The notes under the pieces are model-generated. The model had not been told where the DNA came from, ran no database searches, and saw only the letters and a list, made by a program, of their open reading frames with translations. Shown one piece after another: positions 51,541-62,897 of a stretch of 64,000 bases of DNA (position 1 is its first letter; the number at the start of each line of letters is the position of its first letter). Location: NCBI GenBank assembly GCA_051439425.1, contig JBFRWD010000103.1, positions 33,031 to 97,030 on the forward strand, read 5' to 3'. Both the position numbers and the translations under genes were made by a program. This stretch comes from Synechococcus sp. Its GTDB lineage: Bacteria; Cyanobacteriota; Cyanobacteriia; Thermostichales; PCC-7336.

Positions 51541-51726
51541 TCAAGAATTCCCTCGACAGCGGATTTCGATAGCGTTCACAGTGCAACGATGCCACTAAAA
51601 AAGCCCCTGAAGCTGAGCTCCAGAGACCTGACAATCCTGCAATGCTAGGGAAAAGGGCTTAGCTTCCGCAATCTCTCGCTGATTTAACTGCCTATCCAGT
51701 CAAGCGCGCAAAGTTCATGTGCAAAC

Positions 51727-52413
51727 CTAAGCACCCGGTTGGGACAGTTCGTAAGTTGTTTGGGGAGCATCAAAGCCCTCCTGTGGTCCCCCAACATTTG
51801 GGGCTGGTAAGCATAACTGGTTTTGGTCGAGAACTTTGATAAAGCCACGAGAGCGCAAAGTCCCCAACGAGCGAGTGACTGTAACGCGAGTCGCTCCGAT
51901 CGCATCGCCAATTTGAGAGTGCGTCAGAGTCCAGGGCAGAACCAAGCCATGCTGAGACGGCTCGCCGTATTCTTCCAATAACAGAGTGAGAAACCCCTTG
52001 AGGCGGTCAATCGCACGGCGCTGACCGAGATTACCGAGCCACAATAGCTTGCGTTGAAGTTGCTGGCGGAACGCAGCTTGAACAATTTGATATAGCCGGG
52101 GCCATTCTTGCAGATCTTCCCAGTAGAACCACATAACCGTGGTGAAATCAGTGTGGCTAAACGCTTGCAGTTGGAATTGCTCTTGAGCAATCACCTCGAA
52201 TGGTGAACCACCAAAGTGAAAACCGACAAATACTTCTCGTCGCTCGGGGGTAATGCTAACCAAACGCACCATCCCCTGCTGAACCAGATAAACCAAGCCA
52301 GGTCGAGTGGGAATGCGTTCATCTTTCGCAAAAGTGCGAGAGTGGAACCGCTCTTCAGCCCACTGACACACCTCCCGCCATTCGGGAGCTTGCCGAATTG
52401 AAACAATAGTCAT
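51727..52413 (-). CDS. devH: Crp/Fnr-family regulator, DevH orthologue
   Basis: RTFAKDERIPTRPGL, QRKLLWL, GQRRAIDRL.GFLTLL.EEYGEP, LTHSQIG.AIG.TRVTVTR match Anabaena DevH as I recall it. Confidence 0.8.
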   Translation of the reverse strand: MTIVSIRQAPEWREVCQWAEERFHSRTFAKDERIPTRPGLVYLVQQGMVRLVSITPERREVFVGFHFGGSPFEVIAQEQFQLQAFSHTDFTTVMWFYWEDLQEWPRLYQIVQAAFRQQLQRKLLWLGNLGQRRAIDRLKGFLTLLLEEYGEPSQHGLVLPWTLTHSQIGDAIGATRVTVTRSLGTLRSRGFIKVLDQNQLCLPAPNVGGPQEGFDAPQTTYELSQPGA

Positions 52414-53173
52414 TAGTCCAACCTCGCGTCTTGATAAAAGAGGGTAGAAAGATCGACCGCGGCCGGAAATTCTACGTTCCCTAGTGCTGTTTATTGTGAA
52501 GAAATCATTTTGCTACAAGGATCTACTTAATAAAAGCTTCACACTTCTCTCGCAGCTCCACAATGTCATACCAAAACAGTTCACGAACATCAGTATATAC
52601 ACGCATGTCTCATAAAGGCACCATACACGGAGTTTTTTAGCAAGTTTTTGTGCTGGACGAACCTTGTTCAAGCTTCCTACGATACTTTCAGAGCTCTTTA
52701 TATAGATTAAATTTAAAAATATAGTTTTCCGCCGAAGACAGATGTAACTAGAAGCTGTGAGGAAATCAACCCTCACCGCCTCAAAGGATGCTGTCCTGGA
52801 GAAACACGGCAAAAGAGCGAACAGCAGTACGATAGATGAGATAAAAAAGCCGAAAAGGAATGCCCCAGACGAGTAAAGTTTAGCTCGCCATGTGAAAAAA
52901 ACAGCGGTAGAACCACTTAATCTAGTTCAAAAAACTGTTTTGTATAGAATAGCATCGAAATATCACTTGACACACATAAGTATAAATAATGCATGAAGAT
53001 AGCATGAAGGCTAGGGCTGCATCAGCTGAACGGCGATTGGCTAATCTTCCACCAGGCCGTTCCGCCTAATGCCATTCCCTCATCGCAAGCCTAACTAACC
53101 ACTAGGGCACGATTACCTTTTGCCGCGACTTACCGTTCAGGCTGAACAGAGCGTCCCCAAGGAAATCATTGTT

Positions 53174-53461
53174 ATGTTGCCGATTGAACAGTTAGAGGCT
53201 TACACCGTCGATCGCCCCAACGAAGTCCTACTTATAGAAGCAACGGTTGAGGGAGATGCCGATGAGATTGTCGTGTTTCGCGGATATTCAAGCTCGACCG
53301 TCCGGCCCACTGCTGCCGATTTGAATGTGCCCATATTGCCTCAGGATGGGGAGATTGTCTCAATTAGTCGTCTCAAAGCTCCGTACAATCCACAGTCCCC
53401 CCAGGTGATTGAAGCCGGCATAGCGTGGGACGAGTTCTCACAACGATATTGCCAGTCATAG
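53174..53461 (+). CDS. Conserved cyanobacterial hypothetical protein
   Basis: LEAYT..RPNEVL, VFRGYSSS, PTAAD, RLKAPYNP pattern. Confidence 0.65.
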   Translation: MLPIEQLEAYTVDRPNEVLLIEATVEGDADEIVVFRGYSSSTVRPTAADLNVPILPQDGEIVSISRLKAPYNPQSPQVIEAGIAWDEFSQRYCQS

Positions 53462-53550
53462 CTGGCGGGAAAGGACGCGAGCCAATGTACCTGCCAATCA
53501 ATACCACCCCTGCCAATCAATAAATAGTCCACCAGTAAACAATGCAAACA

Positions 53551-53841
53551 TTAACCACCACTAACCGGAGGAATGAGTACCACTTCGTCTCCCGGCTGTA
53601 ATTCAGTACTGGGATCGACGAATTCAAGATTAATGCCAAACCGTGTCTGATGTTCCCACTCAGCCAGTTGCGGATATTGAGTAATCAATTGCTTGCAGAC
53701 ATCGAGTGCTGTCGTTCCGGCTGTCACCTCCAACGTGTGTTCTTCACGACCAACGGTCTCTTGGTAAGCCGCAAACAGTTTCAGGGTGATGGTGAAGGAT
53801 TCTGTTGGTTGAACCACAGTCGAATTCAAGAGTAATTCCAA
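53551..53841 (-). CDS. moaD: Molybdopterin synthase sulfur-carrier subunit
   Basis: LKLFAAYQE, C-terminal GDEVVLIPPVSGG. Confidence 0.9.
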   Translation of the reverse strand: MELLLNSTVVQPTESFTITLKLFAAYQETVGREEHTLEVTAGTTALDVCKQLITQYPQLAEWEHQTRFGINLEFVDPSTELQPGDEVVLIPPVSGG

Positions 53842-54005
53842 TCAGATCCTACAGCGATCGCCCGATTTCGGAGTTTTGTCTGGTGTCGCAAACCACTCTT
53901 AGGAAGCCCCCCAAAAAATCAAGGGACAACTGGCGACAGACGGGAGACACTGGAGGCAATCTGACACAGTCAATAGATTGACGAGTGAATTGTGATGGAG
54001 GTCTA

Positions 54006-55109
54006 ATGGCGACTGGCTGGGACATCTTCAAGCGCAACCGCACAGCACAAATGGCCGGTTGGGTATTGGTGGTGCTATACACCTGTTCGCTGTTTGGAGA
54101 TTTTGTTGCTCCCTACGGTCCCTTTGAATCGCAAGCTCGGGGCTCGCTATTGCCCCCCACTCAGGTGTACTGGCGATCGCAAGAGACTGGAGCATTTCTG
54201 GGGCCACATGTCTATCCTACGTTTCAAGGACAAGTGGATATGGACACGGGAGAGCGCCAGTTAACAGTTAATTACAACCGTCCGGCAAACGTGCGGATGT
54301 TTGTGAAAGGCCCGGAATATCGCTGGTTAGGAATCGTTCCTGGAAACCGTCATCTGTTTGGAACTGTGTCCGATGACGATCGGCCTGCCGCTCAGTTCAA
54401 TCTGTTAGGCACGGACGATCAAGGGCGCGACTACTTCAGCCGCTTGGTGTTTGGCAGTCGGGTTAGCTTGTTTGTCGGCATTGTCGGCGTCTCGATCTCG
54501 TTTCCAATCGGCCTGCTCGTGGGAGGCATTGCTGGATACTTCTCGGGTTGGGTGGATACGCTGCTGATGCGCGTGGTGGAGATATTGCTATCGATCCCCA
54601 GCCTATATTTATTGGTGTCCCTGGCCGCTGTATTGCAAGAAAATCCATTGACCGGTGTGCCGTTTTCCAACTCCGAGCGCTTTTTAATCATTGTGGCAAT
54701 CACCAGCTTTGTCCGGTGGGCTGGATTGGCCCGAGTCATCCGCGGTCAAGTGCTATCAATACGGCAGCGTACGTTTGTCGAAGCATCACAAGCCTCGGGG
54801 GCAAAAACCTTATACCTCCTTCGACGGCACATTCTGCCCCAAACCGCCACCTACATCGCAATTGCCGCAACGCTGACAGTGCCTGGTTTCATCAGTGCAG
54901 AGTCGGTCCTGAGTCTGATTGGATTGGGGATTCAGCAACCGGATGCCTCGTGGGGCAACATGCTATCACTGGCCACCGATGCATCAATCATGGTGCTGCA
55001 ACCTTGGCTGATCGTTCCTCCCACAGCCTTGGTCGTGATTGCAGTATTGTCGTTTAACGTGTTGGGAGATGGATTGCGAGATGCTCTCGATCCGCGAGAT
55101 CGTCGCTAG
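54006..55109 (+). CDS. Peptide ABC transporter permease (DppC/OppC-type)
   Basis: LLGTDDQGRD, FVEASQASGA, HILP, LGDGLRDALDPR. Confidence 0.9.
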   Translation: MATGWDIFKRNRTAQMAGWVLVVLYTCSLFGDFVAPYGPFESQARGSLLPPTQVYWRSQETGAFLGPHVYPTFQGQVDMDTGERQLTVNYNRPANVRMFVKGPEYRWLGIVPGNRHLFGTVSDDDRPAAQFNLLGTDDQGRDYFSRLVFGSRVSLFVGIVGVSISFPIGLLVGGIAGYFSGWVDTLLMRVVEILLSIPSLYLLVSLAAVLQENPLTGVPFSNSERFLIIVAITSFVRWAGLARVIRGQVLSIRQRTFVEASQASGAKTLYLLRRHILPQTATYIAIAATLTVPGFISAESVLSLIGLGIQQPDASWGNMLSLATDASIMVLQPWLIVPPTALVVIAVLSFNVLGDGLRDALDPRDRR

Positions 55110-55135
55110 AGTTGTCGCCACAGTAGATCGCAATA

Positions 55136-55160
55136 CTTGACTGAAATGGCAAACACCATT
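55136..55160 (-). repeat. Partial (left-arm) copy of family A element
   Basis: Reverse complement AATGGTGTTTGCCATTTCAGTCAAG. Confidence 0.6.
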
Positions 55161-55278
55161 GATTGCAATCGCCTTGAGGATTGTTTGATATTGCGGCAAT
55201 CCCCTATGGGTGTGGTGGGGACCTGCCAGTACAGTTAGGACAGCGACTCGATCGCTAGCCCGACTCAGTTCACGCTCC

Positions 55279-55767
55279 ATGACTCGAACTCGGCCTGTTG
55301 TAACGGCACTCAGTATTCTGCTCAATCTATGGCTGGTGGGGGCTACGTTCTCCTTGCCTGAGGTAGAGCTGTCCCCAGAGGATGTGCCATCGTTTTATTG
55401 GGCTCAGCAACGATTTGGCCGGGTCTCAATTGAGACGCCGGATGGAGTGGTCGTTGAAGAGAATGCGATCGCCGAATGGAAAGCCCTGAACGATCTGCGA
55501 CAAATGCGGGTGTGGGTCTCAGATCTGTGGCCTCGGCTCTCGTACGATGACCGCTATTCCTTAGTCCGTGGCTTGGGAGATATTGCCGCTCGCAAGGGAT
55601 ATTCTCTGATGGTCGTTGACCTTGGCAATACAGTGCTGGCCACCTACGAATGTCGAAGTGGTGAACAGTCAGAAGAGAACGAGCTGCCTGAATATTCGTT
55701 AGCACGGCACTGCGACATCGATCTCAATCCTCCAGCGACAACGGCCACCCCACCCCCAAGACTGTAA
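55279..55767 (+). CDS. Conserved cyanobacterial exported hypothetical protein
   Basis: Signal peptide; PSFYWAQQRFG, RYSLV..LG..A...GY, LATYEC. Confidence 0.6.
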   Translation: MTRTRPVVTALSILLNLWLVGATFSLPEVELSPEDVPSFYWAQQRFGRVSIETPDGVVVEENAIAEWKALNDLRQMRVWVSDLWPRLSYDDRYSLVRGLGDIAARKGYSLMVVDLGNTVLATYECRSGEQSEENELPEYSLARHCDIDLNPPATTATPPPRL

Positions 55768-55795
55768 CGTTGACCTGAATTTATCGTCCGGATTC

Positions 55796-56467
55796 ATGAG
55801 CTACGCCATCAAAGAATTGTTCTATACCCTGCAAGGTGAGGGGGAAAATAGCGGGCGGGCAGCAGTGTTTTGTCGATTTTCAGGATGCAATCTGTGGTCG
55901 GGGCGGGACATCGAGCGCGCGCAGGCAATCTGTCAGTTTTGCGATACGGATTTTGTCGGAGTGGACGGAGTCAATGGCGGGTACTACAAAACCCCAACGG
56001 AGCTGGCAGACGTCGTACTGCGGGAATGGAATGCGAGTAGTTACTGTCCGAGTGAGACCGTATCCATGCCCCTCCAGCAACCCCGCCCTCTGGTGGTCTG
56101 TACTGGTGGAGAGCCCTTGCTACAACTAGACTCCTCATTGGTGGATGCGTTCCACGACCGAGGATTTGAAGTGGCGATCGAAACCAACGGAACTCAACTG
56201 CCGCCCCCCGATATCGACCATATTTGCGTCAGTCCCAAGGCTGGAGCCCCCCTGAAGCTCACCCACGGGCACGAGCTGAAACTGGTGTTTCCTCAAGGGG
56301 ATCTCGATCCGGAGAGCTTTCTATCCCTGAAGTTCGATCGCTTTTACCTACAGCCTAAAGATGATGGCGATCGCGTACGCAACACGCAGCAAGTGGTGCA
56401 GTACTGCTTAAGTCACCCTCAATGGCGGCTGAGCCTGCAAACCCATAAGGTTGTGGGGATTGCATAG
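55796..56467 (+). CDS. queE: 7-carboxy-7-deazaguanine synthase, CX14CX2C type
   Basis: [51 protein letters not shown]. Confidence 0.93.
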   Translation: MSYAIKELFYTLQGEGENSGRAAVFCRFSGCNLWSGRDIERAQAICQFCDTDFVGVDGVNGGYYKTPTELADVVLREWNASSYCPSETVSMPLQQPRPLVVCTGGEPLLQLDSSLVDAFHDRGFEVAIETNGTQLPPPDIDHICVSPKAGAPLKLTHGHELKLVFPQGDLDPESFLSLKFDRFYLQPKDDGDRVRNTQQVVQYCLSHPQWRLSLQTHKVVGIA

Positions 56468-56475
56468 AGATTGAC

Positions 56476-56862
56476 ATGAAGATCTTCAAGGACTTTCAGT
56501 TTGAAGCCGCCCACCGTCTCCCCAACGTACCAGAGGGACACAAATGTGCACGACTCCACGGTCACTCGTTCATGGTTCGACTGGAAGTCAGCGGCAAGGT
56601 GGACGAGCACTCGGGCTGGGTACAAGATTTTGGCGACATTTCGAAAGCATTTCGGCCGCTGTACGACCGTCTCGATCACTACTACTTGAACGAGATTGAG
56701 GGGCTGGAGAATCCCACCAGCGAGAATCTTGCCCGTTGGATTTGGGATCGGCTGAAACCTAAGCTGCAGGGGTTGAGTGTGGTGATGGTACGAGAGACTT
56801 GTACGAGTGGGTGTGTGTATAGCGGTACAGACGAAGAAGGTGGAGGGAGAGGGGACGAGTGA
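56476..56862 (+). CDS. queD: 6-carboxytetrahydropterin synthase
   Basis: [32 protein letters not shown]. Confidence 0.95.
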   Translation: MKIFKDFQFEAAHRLPNVPEGHKCARLHGHSFMVRLEVSGKVDEHSGWVQDFGDISKAFRPLYDRLDHYYLNEIEGLENPTSENLARWIWDRLKPKLQGLSVVMVRETCTSGCVYSGTDEEGGGRGDE

Positions 56863-56882
56863 CAAGCGCTGATGGGGGAACG

Positions 56883-56917
56883 GTCACTCGTCATTCGTCC
56901 TCAGTCATTCGTTCTAT
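56883..56917 (+). repeat. Short heptamer tandem repeat (STRR-like) between convergent queD and prfC
   Basis: GTCACTC GTCATTC GTCCTCA GTCATTC GTTCTAT. Confidence 0.5.
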
Positions 56918-56944
56918 GATTGCTTCGCGTGCGGCTATGTATGG

Positions 56945-58552
56945 TTACTCCAGAGTGAGCACAGGGGCGATTTCTAGAAAGTTGACGTCTGGAAATTTTT
57001 CCTGAATTTGCTGAAAGCTCCAGATATTTTTGCACAGCAAAACGGGTCGATCCCAACTGTCCTTCACTAACTCGGCACCGTAAAGTCCGGTGAGTTTGTC
57101 TGCCGCTTCCCAGCCGCCTTCAATCCAGCGGGCTACTGCGTATGCTAATGGCTCCAACCTGGATGCGACGTTGTACTCACTCTCCAGCCGGTACTGCACC
57201 ACCTCAAATTGCAGTTGACCCACTGCTGCCAAGATGGGATCGCGTTTGGCTTCGTTAAGGGAGTACATTACCTGGACGGCCCCCTCTTCCTTCAGTTGCT
57301 GAATTCCTTTATTGAATTGCTTGAATTTGGAGGGATTGGGGTTACGTAGCCAACTGAAATGCTCGGGCGAAAAGCTGGGGATGCCTTCGTATTGCAGGGA
57401 TTTGCCGGTACATACAGTATCGCCAATTTGGAAGGTGCCGGGGTTAACTAAGCCCACAATGTCGCCGGGGTAAGCGGTTTCAACAGTCTCCCGCTGCTGA
57501 GCAAATAGTTTTTGCGGCCGCGAAAGGCGGATATCTTTGCCGGTGCGAGCATGTTTAACGGTCATGTCTTTGTCGAACCGACCGGAACACACGCGAATGA
57601 AGGCAATACGATCTCGGTGGCGCGGGTCCATATTGGCTTGCAACTTGAACACAAAACCAGAGAAATTCTCGCTTTCCGGCACAATCGTTCCACCCGTGCT
57701 GGGACGCGGGAACGGCTGCAATGATAGTCCCAAAAAATCATCTAAAAATAGCTGCAGGCCAAAATTAGTCATGGCGCTGCCGAAGAATACCGGAGTCATC
57801 CGTCCGGCATGTACTTCGTCTAGATCTAAATCAGCTGCAACTTCATCGAGAATCTCCAACTCTTCTTTGAGTTGGTAATACAAGTCTTCATCCAACATGT
57901 CGATCAGCTTGGGATCGCCGATGTGAGAGACCTGCACCTTGGCCGCTTTTTGGCCGTGGGAACTGCGCTCGAAGAGGTGAATTTCTTGCCGTCCGCGATC
58001 GTAAACTCCTGTAAAGCGATCGCCCGTACCAATCGGCCAGTTCATGGGATATGGGGTTAGTCCGAGTGTGCTCTCTAACTCGTCAATCAACTCGAACGGT
58101 TCCATCGAGGGACGATCCATCTTGTTGATGAATGTGAAGATGGGCAACTGCCGCATTTTGCACACTTCAAACAATTTCAGGGTTTGCGCCTCTAGCCCTT
58201 TTGCTCCATCCAGCAGCATGACGGCATTATCGGCTGCAGCCAGCGTGCGATACGTATCTTCACTGAAGTCTTGGTGACCGGGGGTGTCCAGCAGGTTGAT
58301 GTGCTTCCCTTCGTAGTCAAACTGCAGCACCGTCGAGGTAATAGAAATCCCCCGCTGCTGTTCCAGCTTCATCCAGTCCGATGTGGCATGACGCTGAGAT
58401 TTCTTAGCCTTGACCGCTCCAGCCATATTGACCGCCCCACCGTATAGCAACAGTTTTTCTGTCAGAGTGGTTTTACCGGCGTCGGGGTGGGAAATGATGG
58501 CAAACGTGCGTCGCCGCTCGATTTCGTTGACTAGCGGGGCTGAATTACTCAT
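56945..58552 (-). CDS. prfC: Peptide chain release factor 3
   Basis: [51 protein letters not shown]. Confidence 0.97.
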   Translation of the reverse strand: MSNSAPLVNEIERRRTFAIISHPDAGKTTLTEKLLLYGGAVNMAGAVKAKKSQRHATSDWMKLEQQRGISITSTVLQFDYEGKHINLLDTPGHQDFSEDTYRTLAAADNAVMLLDGAKGLEAQTLKLFEVCKMRQLPIFTFINKMDRPSMEPFELIDELESTLGLTPYPMNWPIGTGDRFTGVYDRGRQEIHLFERSSHGQKAAKVQVSHIGDPKLIDMLDEDLYYQLKEELEILDEVAADLDLDEVHAGRMTPVFFGSAMTNFGLQLFLDDFLGLSLQPFPRPSTGGTIVPESENFSGFVFKLQANMDPRHRDRIAFIRVCSGRFDKDMTVKHARTGKDIRLSRPQKLFAQQRETVETAYPGDIVGLVNPGTFQIGDTVCTGKSLQYEGIPSFSPEHFSWLRNPNPSKFKQFNKGIQQLKEEGAVQVMYSLNEAKRDPILAAVGQLQFEVVQYRLESEYNVASRLEPLAYAVARWIEGGWEAADKLTGLYGAELVKDSWDRPVLLCKNIWSFQQIQEKFPDVNFLEIAPVLTLE

Positions 58553-58640
58553 GCAGGTACAGCAAGGAAAACACAATGGGAACAAGCTCAACGAAAGGGG
58601 GAGTTAACCCCCTTCACCAGTGTAGCGATAGACTCAACCG

Positions 58641-61600
58641 CTACAGGTCGTCGTACTCTAGCAGCCCGTGCCGATAGGTCGGCTGCATCAGTGGCAATGT
58701 CACGGTAAACACGGTCTGATGGTTAGCGCTACGCACGGATATGTGCCCCTGCAGGCGCTCGACTAAACGGCTAACTAGTGCCAGCCCCAAGCCTGTCCCT
58801 CCCTGTTTCCAGGGATCGGTGCCGGGAACACGATAGAACTTATCAAAAATCTTACCAATCGCATTGCTAGGGATCTCTACACCTGTATTGGACACCATCA
58901 AACAAAGAGTGTCGTCAGTGGCATCGACCCGGAACCGAATGCGATGTCCTTCTGGCGTGTACTTGTGAGCATTAGTCAGCAATTCTGTCACGATCCGATC
59001 GAACGCGGCCAAGTCCACCACCATATCGGGTAGGTGGTCGAGCTCGGGAGGTTGGAAAATCTGTTGGCGATCGCGAGCAAGCTGCTCGTAGGGCGTAATG
59101 AGTTGGGACAGTACTGAGGGTAAATGAATCCGATCGAAGTCCCATTCATCGCGCTCCCCTTCTAGGCGCTGCAAATTAAGCAGATCGTCCACCAACCGAA
59201 TTTCACGCTCGCACTCTTCCTTCAGCACTTGATAATAGCGGGCAATTCGGGATTGCTCGGTGATGGGCTTATCCTGTTCAGTCGCCCAATCGAGCTGTCC
59301 ACTCAAACATACCCCCAGCATCTGGATCGCCATCCGCATACTAGTAACAGGCGTACGCAATTCATGAGAGACCGTATTGAGAAAATCATCTTTGAGCTGA
59401 TTGAGCTGTTGCAGTTTTTCCACTTGCGTCTGAGCAGCCTGATATAACCTTGCCTGGCGAATGGCGATTGCGCATTGAGTGGCCACTTGTTTGACGATAC
59501 GCACTTCCAACTCGCCAAAGGTGCAAGCCCGTGGCCGAAATAGCCACAAGTGTCCCAAGACTCCGCGATCGTCCACAATCGGACACACTAAAATAGCTGA
59601 AGATTCCGCCTGCTCCAGATGGGAAACATCCCGGCGATCGAGAGGGCAAAACTGTACCGGTTGTTCTGCCAACAACGCCCGATGGATGAGATTGTCGGGA
59701 TCGCTACGCTCATGCCGCCCCTGGGCTGAAGTGGAGTCGGAGCGAGTGGTGTGCGCATAAGCGATCGTAAATTCCTGCCGATCAGTGCTATAAAGTCCGG
59801 CTTCGCAGCAATCGGCTTCCAACCCTTCCGCTAACTCTCGGACGGCTGCTTGCAAAATCTGCTCTTCATCCAAGCTGTCCCTTACTTTGTCCGTGATTTG
59901 CTTGAGGGTTTCTTCCAGTTCTAGCGCCTGACGCAACTGATAGGTGCGACTGCGAATTTTGCGCTCCAGATCGAAGTTGAGAGTTTGTACCTGCTGGTAC
60001 AGCTCTGCCTGTTGGATTGCGATCTCCAACTGTTCGATGAACGCAACAATGGTGACCGCTTGTTTGGAAGCACTCAGGGTGGAGGGCTGCCGATCGTCAC
60101 TCAAAATCAAACACCCCCACCGCCGACCGTTCACCCGCAGCGGAATCACCCACCACTGGCCAGGAAGTAGGGCTGTCACAGCCGGATCGATCCCCCGATC
60201 TCTAGCCTCTATGGACGACAGCCGCAGCATTTGACGAGCCCCTAATTCGTGTAGGGGGGGACAAGCACCGCGATCGCTGATGCCCTTACCCACCAGATCC
60301 GAGACGTCATCAGATACGCCTGCTGCACAAATTGCCTGCCACACCTGATTCTCGGGTAGATATTGCCAAATGGATGTACTCGCCACTCGAAATTCTGAGG
60401 CAATCAGATTGACTGCAGTTGCAAATACAGTCTTGAGATTCAAGGATGTGCGTAGTGCCCGCGTAACGCGATTGAGAGCTTGCTCTCGCTGAGCTTGCTG
60501 TTGAGTTCGCCGGTACAGCTCCGCTTGCGTAATGGCGATCGTCACTTGCGCCGCCAGGTGCTGCAATAGTTCAATACCTGAGGGTTGCCACTCCCAATCA
60601 TGGTTGCAATGTTGAATGGAGATCAGTCCCCACAGGCGCTCGTCCTGCTCGATGGGAATAACCGCATGAGACTGAACGGGCAGTCTTGCCGGTACGTCTT
60701 TGTGATGGAGAGTTCCGGATACAGGTCTTCGAACGGCCGCCGCGAGAACCTGTTCGTCTGCCTTCACTGGATCGCGAACATCGTCCCTACCGGTCATTGA
60801 CTCAAGCGAAGAAGCAGTAGAGATTTGCACCTTACCGCGTACAAACTGACGCAATGATTGGGCATCGAGTTTTTCCTCAAGTTCGCGAGCATTGAGCAAT
60901 TGAGGGCAATTGGTATCTCTAGATTCCGCCACCACAGTGCCCTTCGTCAGACCGTAGCGAAAAATTGCTACGCGATCGGCATGGAGTAGATGGCGGACTT
61001 CATCGGCTGTCGTCACCAGAATGCGATCTAGATCGAGGGACTCAGAGATTTTCTCTGCGACTCCGCGTAGAACTCGTTCCTGCTGGATACGATGATGCAG
61101 TGAGACCTCAGCCTGCTTTCGCTCGGTGATATCGCGCACCGTTCCCAAGACAAACCCTTCAACCCGTCGCTCTGGAAGGAGTCCTGCAGGCGCAACAAAT
61201 CCACTCCCTTGGCTACTCCACCAGCGCCATTTTCCAGATCGAGAACGGATGCGAAACTCTACTACATCAGCAAGTTGTGATGTCAAAGCAGTCGCATCAG
61301 CATCAGACTCGATCTGCTTTAACTGAGAACCTGGATTAGCATCACCCGAAAAGGGGATCGTAACTGGATCGGAGCTGAAACTGGAATCTGAAACAGAGGT
61401 ATGTCGCCCTTCAGCTGGGTCATAGATCGCTTGGCTCGCTCCATTCGTATCCGCGTCCCAATCCAATAGTTCCGCTCGACGCGGAGTCCGTTCGAGACAC
61501 ACCTGAAGGTAGGCCTCCAGAGCCGCCACATCTCTGGGATGAACGAATGCCTCCCATGACTGACCTCGAACATTTTCCAAGGAATATCCCAACGAGTTCA

Positions 61601-62219
61601 GTAGTTTTTGACCCATAAACGCCATTTGTCGGCGTGCAACATTGTAAATACAGGCCCAATCTGTGCTGCTATTGATCGCCTGCTGCAAGTAGCGATCCAG
61701 TAAGCCGGTGGGGTCGGTGACGCGATCGCCAACCAAGACTCCCGCCAGTACCATCACTCCTACCCCTATCTCGGGAGCCTGACGAATTGTGCCGCGGATT
61801 TGAATCAACCGCCCCAGCCGATGCACAAACGCACAAGAAATGGGAGCAACATGTAAGGCACTGTGAGAGCACTGTTCTAGATAGCTAATGAATGCAGGTG
61901 CATCTGCCTCGTCCAGCCAGCCAAAAACATTGTTACCAATAGCAACTGAATGATGAACTCCCAATAATTGCCCCCCAAACCGGTTAAGAGAAACCACTCT
62001 TCCGCTTGGAGTTAACGCCATACACAGCGCCGGCAAGCTGTTATAAACAGACTCTGTGTCAACGACAGGAGGCTGCGGTGATGTAGCCCGCAACGTCGAA
62101 CGCCCCAATTGGCGATGTTTGCTATTGTGTCGAATTCGTTTGAGGAAAGGATGACCCATTCGGCGAAGTCCGCTAGAACAGCGAGACGACTGCATTAACA
62201 ACCGATGCCTAAATACCAA
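58641..62219 (-). CDS. PAS/PAS/GAF x3 sensor histidine kinase
   Basis: VHPRD and GTVRDITERK (PAS/PAC), three GAFs ending IAIxQA, H-box SHELRTP, N-box NAHKYT, GGTGLGL; start uncertain. Confidence 0.9.
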   Translation of the reverse strand: MVFRHRLLMQSSRCSSGLRRMGHPFLKRIRHNSKHRQLGRSTLRATSPQPPVVDTESVYNSLPALCMALTPSGRVVSLNRFGGQLLGVHHSVAIGNNVFGWLDEADAPAFISYLEQCSHSALHVAPISCAFVHRLGRLIQIRGTIRQAPEIGVGVMVLAGVLVGDRVTDPTGLLDRYLQQAINSSTDWACIYNVARRQMAFMGQKLLNSLGYSLENVRGQSWEAFVHPRDVAALEAYLQVCLERTPRRAELLDWDADTNGASQAIYDPAEGRHTSVSDSSFSSDPVTIPFSGDANPGSQLKQIESDADATALTSQLADVVEFRIRSRSGKWRWWSSQGSGFVAPAGLLPERRVEGFVLGTVRDITERKQAEVSLHHRIQQERVLRGVAEKISESLDLDRILVTTADEVRHLLHADRVAIFRYGLTKGTVVAESRDTNCPQLLNARELEEKLDAQSLRQFVRGKVQISTASSLESMTGRDDVRDPVKADEQVLAAAVRRPVSGTLHHKDVPARLPVQSHAVIPIEQDERLWGLISIQHCNHDWEWQPSGIELLQHLAAQVTIAITQAELYRRTQQQAQREQALNRVTRALRTSLNLKTVFATAVNLIASEFRVASTSIWQYLPENQVWQAICAAGVSDDVSDLVGKGISDRGACPPLHELGARQMLRLSSIEARDRGIDPAVTALLPGQWWVIPLRVNGRRWGCLILSDDRQPSTLSASKQAVTIVAFIEQLEIAIQQAELYQQVQTLNFDLERKIRSRTYQLRQALELEETLKQITDKVRDSLDEEQILQAAVRELAEGLEADCCEAGLYSTDRQEFTIAYAHTTRSDSTSAQGRHERSDPDNLIHRALLAEQPVQFCPLDRRDVSHLEQAESSAILVCPIVDDRGVLGHLWLFRPRACTFGELEVRIVKQVATQCAIAIRQARLYQAAQTQVEKLQQLNQLKDDFLNTVSHELRTPVTSMRMAIQMLGVCLSGQLDWATEQDKPITEQSRIARYYQVLKEECEREIRLVDDLLNLQRLEGERDEWDFDRIHLPSVLSQLITPYEQLARDRQQIFQPPELDHLPDMVVDLAAFDRIVTELLTNAHKYTPEGHRIRFRVDATDDTLCLMVSNTGVEIPSNAIGKIFDKFYRVPGTDPWKQGGTGLGLALVSRLVERLQGHISVRSANHQTVFTVTLPLMQPTYRHGLLEYDDL

Positions 62220-62897
62220 CCAGTGAAAGCAACTTCATTCAATCGTCATCGATTAGGAATGAGATTGAACTACTCTAATCAGAACTCGAGCGAGAACGTA
62301 TCGCGCGAGAATTGACGCATCAATTTGCATCAAATCTATGGATCTCGATCGGCAACGAGAAATTGAGTTTCTCTCAGGCAATAACCAATAGGAAAGACCA
62401 TAAGTTGTATGAAAACTTTAGCTGTCAACCATTCACATCTTAATCAGAAGCAACTTGTCTTGACAAAGATTTCGCCAACTCAGGCATCAACAGATGACAG
62501 TGCTAAACAGCCCACTGGCAAGTGTTTTCAGCATTTTCACCGATTTTAACCCAATCAGGACATTGTATTTAATCAATACTTCTTCCGATAAAGGTAGTAA
62601 CCCCTAAAATTCATGCGTGAATTTACGCAGGCAATCGAATGTAATGGTCCCAATTGCTAACAGTAAATTTCTGATAGATGAAGGATTCATAATGATCGGA
62701 AAATCAGAGAGAACATTACCCCAATGCTTGCTATTCCTATGAAATATGACAAAGAGCCTCTATGAACCTAGAACGATTGTTCGGGTTCGGCCCAGTTGTT
62801 AGGGCACTCATTCAAGGCACGCGGGCCCCATAGCAAGCCCTGCTTCAGGAGAAAGGTAAATTTCGGGAGTATCGAGCAGGTCAAGAATGACAACTCT

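Noticed and set aside
55796..56862. queE/queD as a Dpd-type DNA modification or defence system
   Set aside because: No dpdA or other dpd genes nearby; queA in the window supports ordinary tRNA queuosine synthesis
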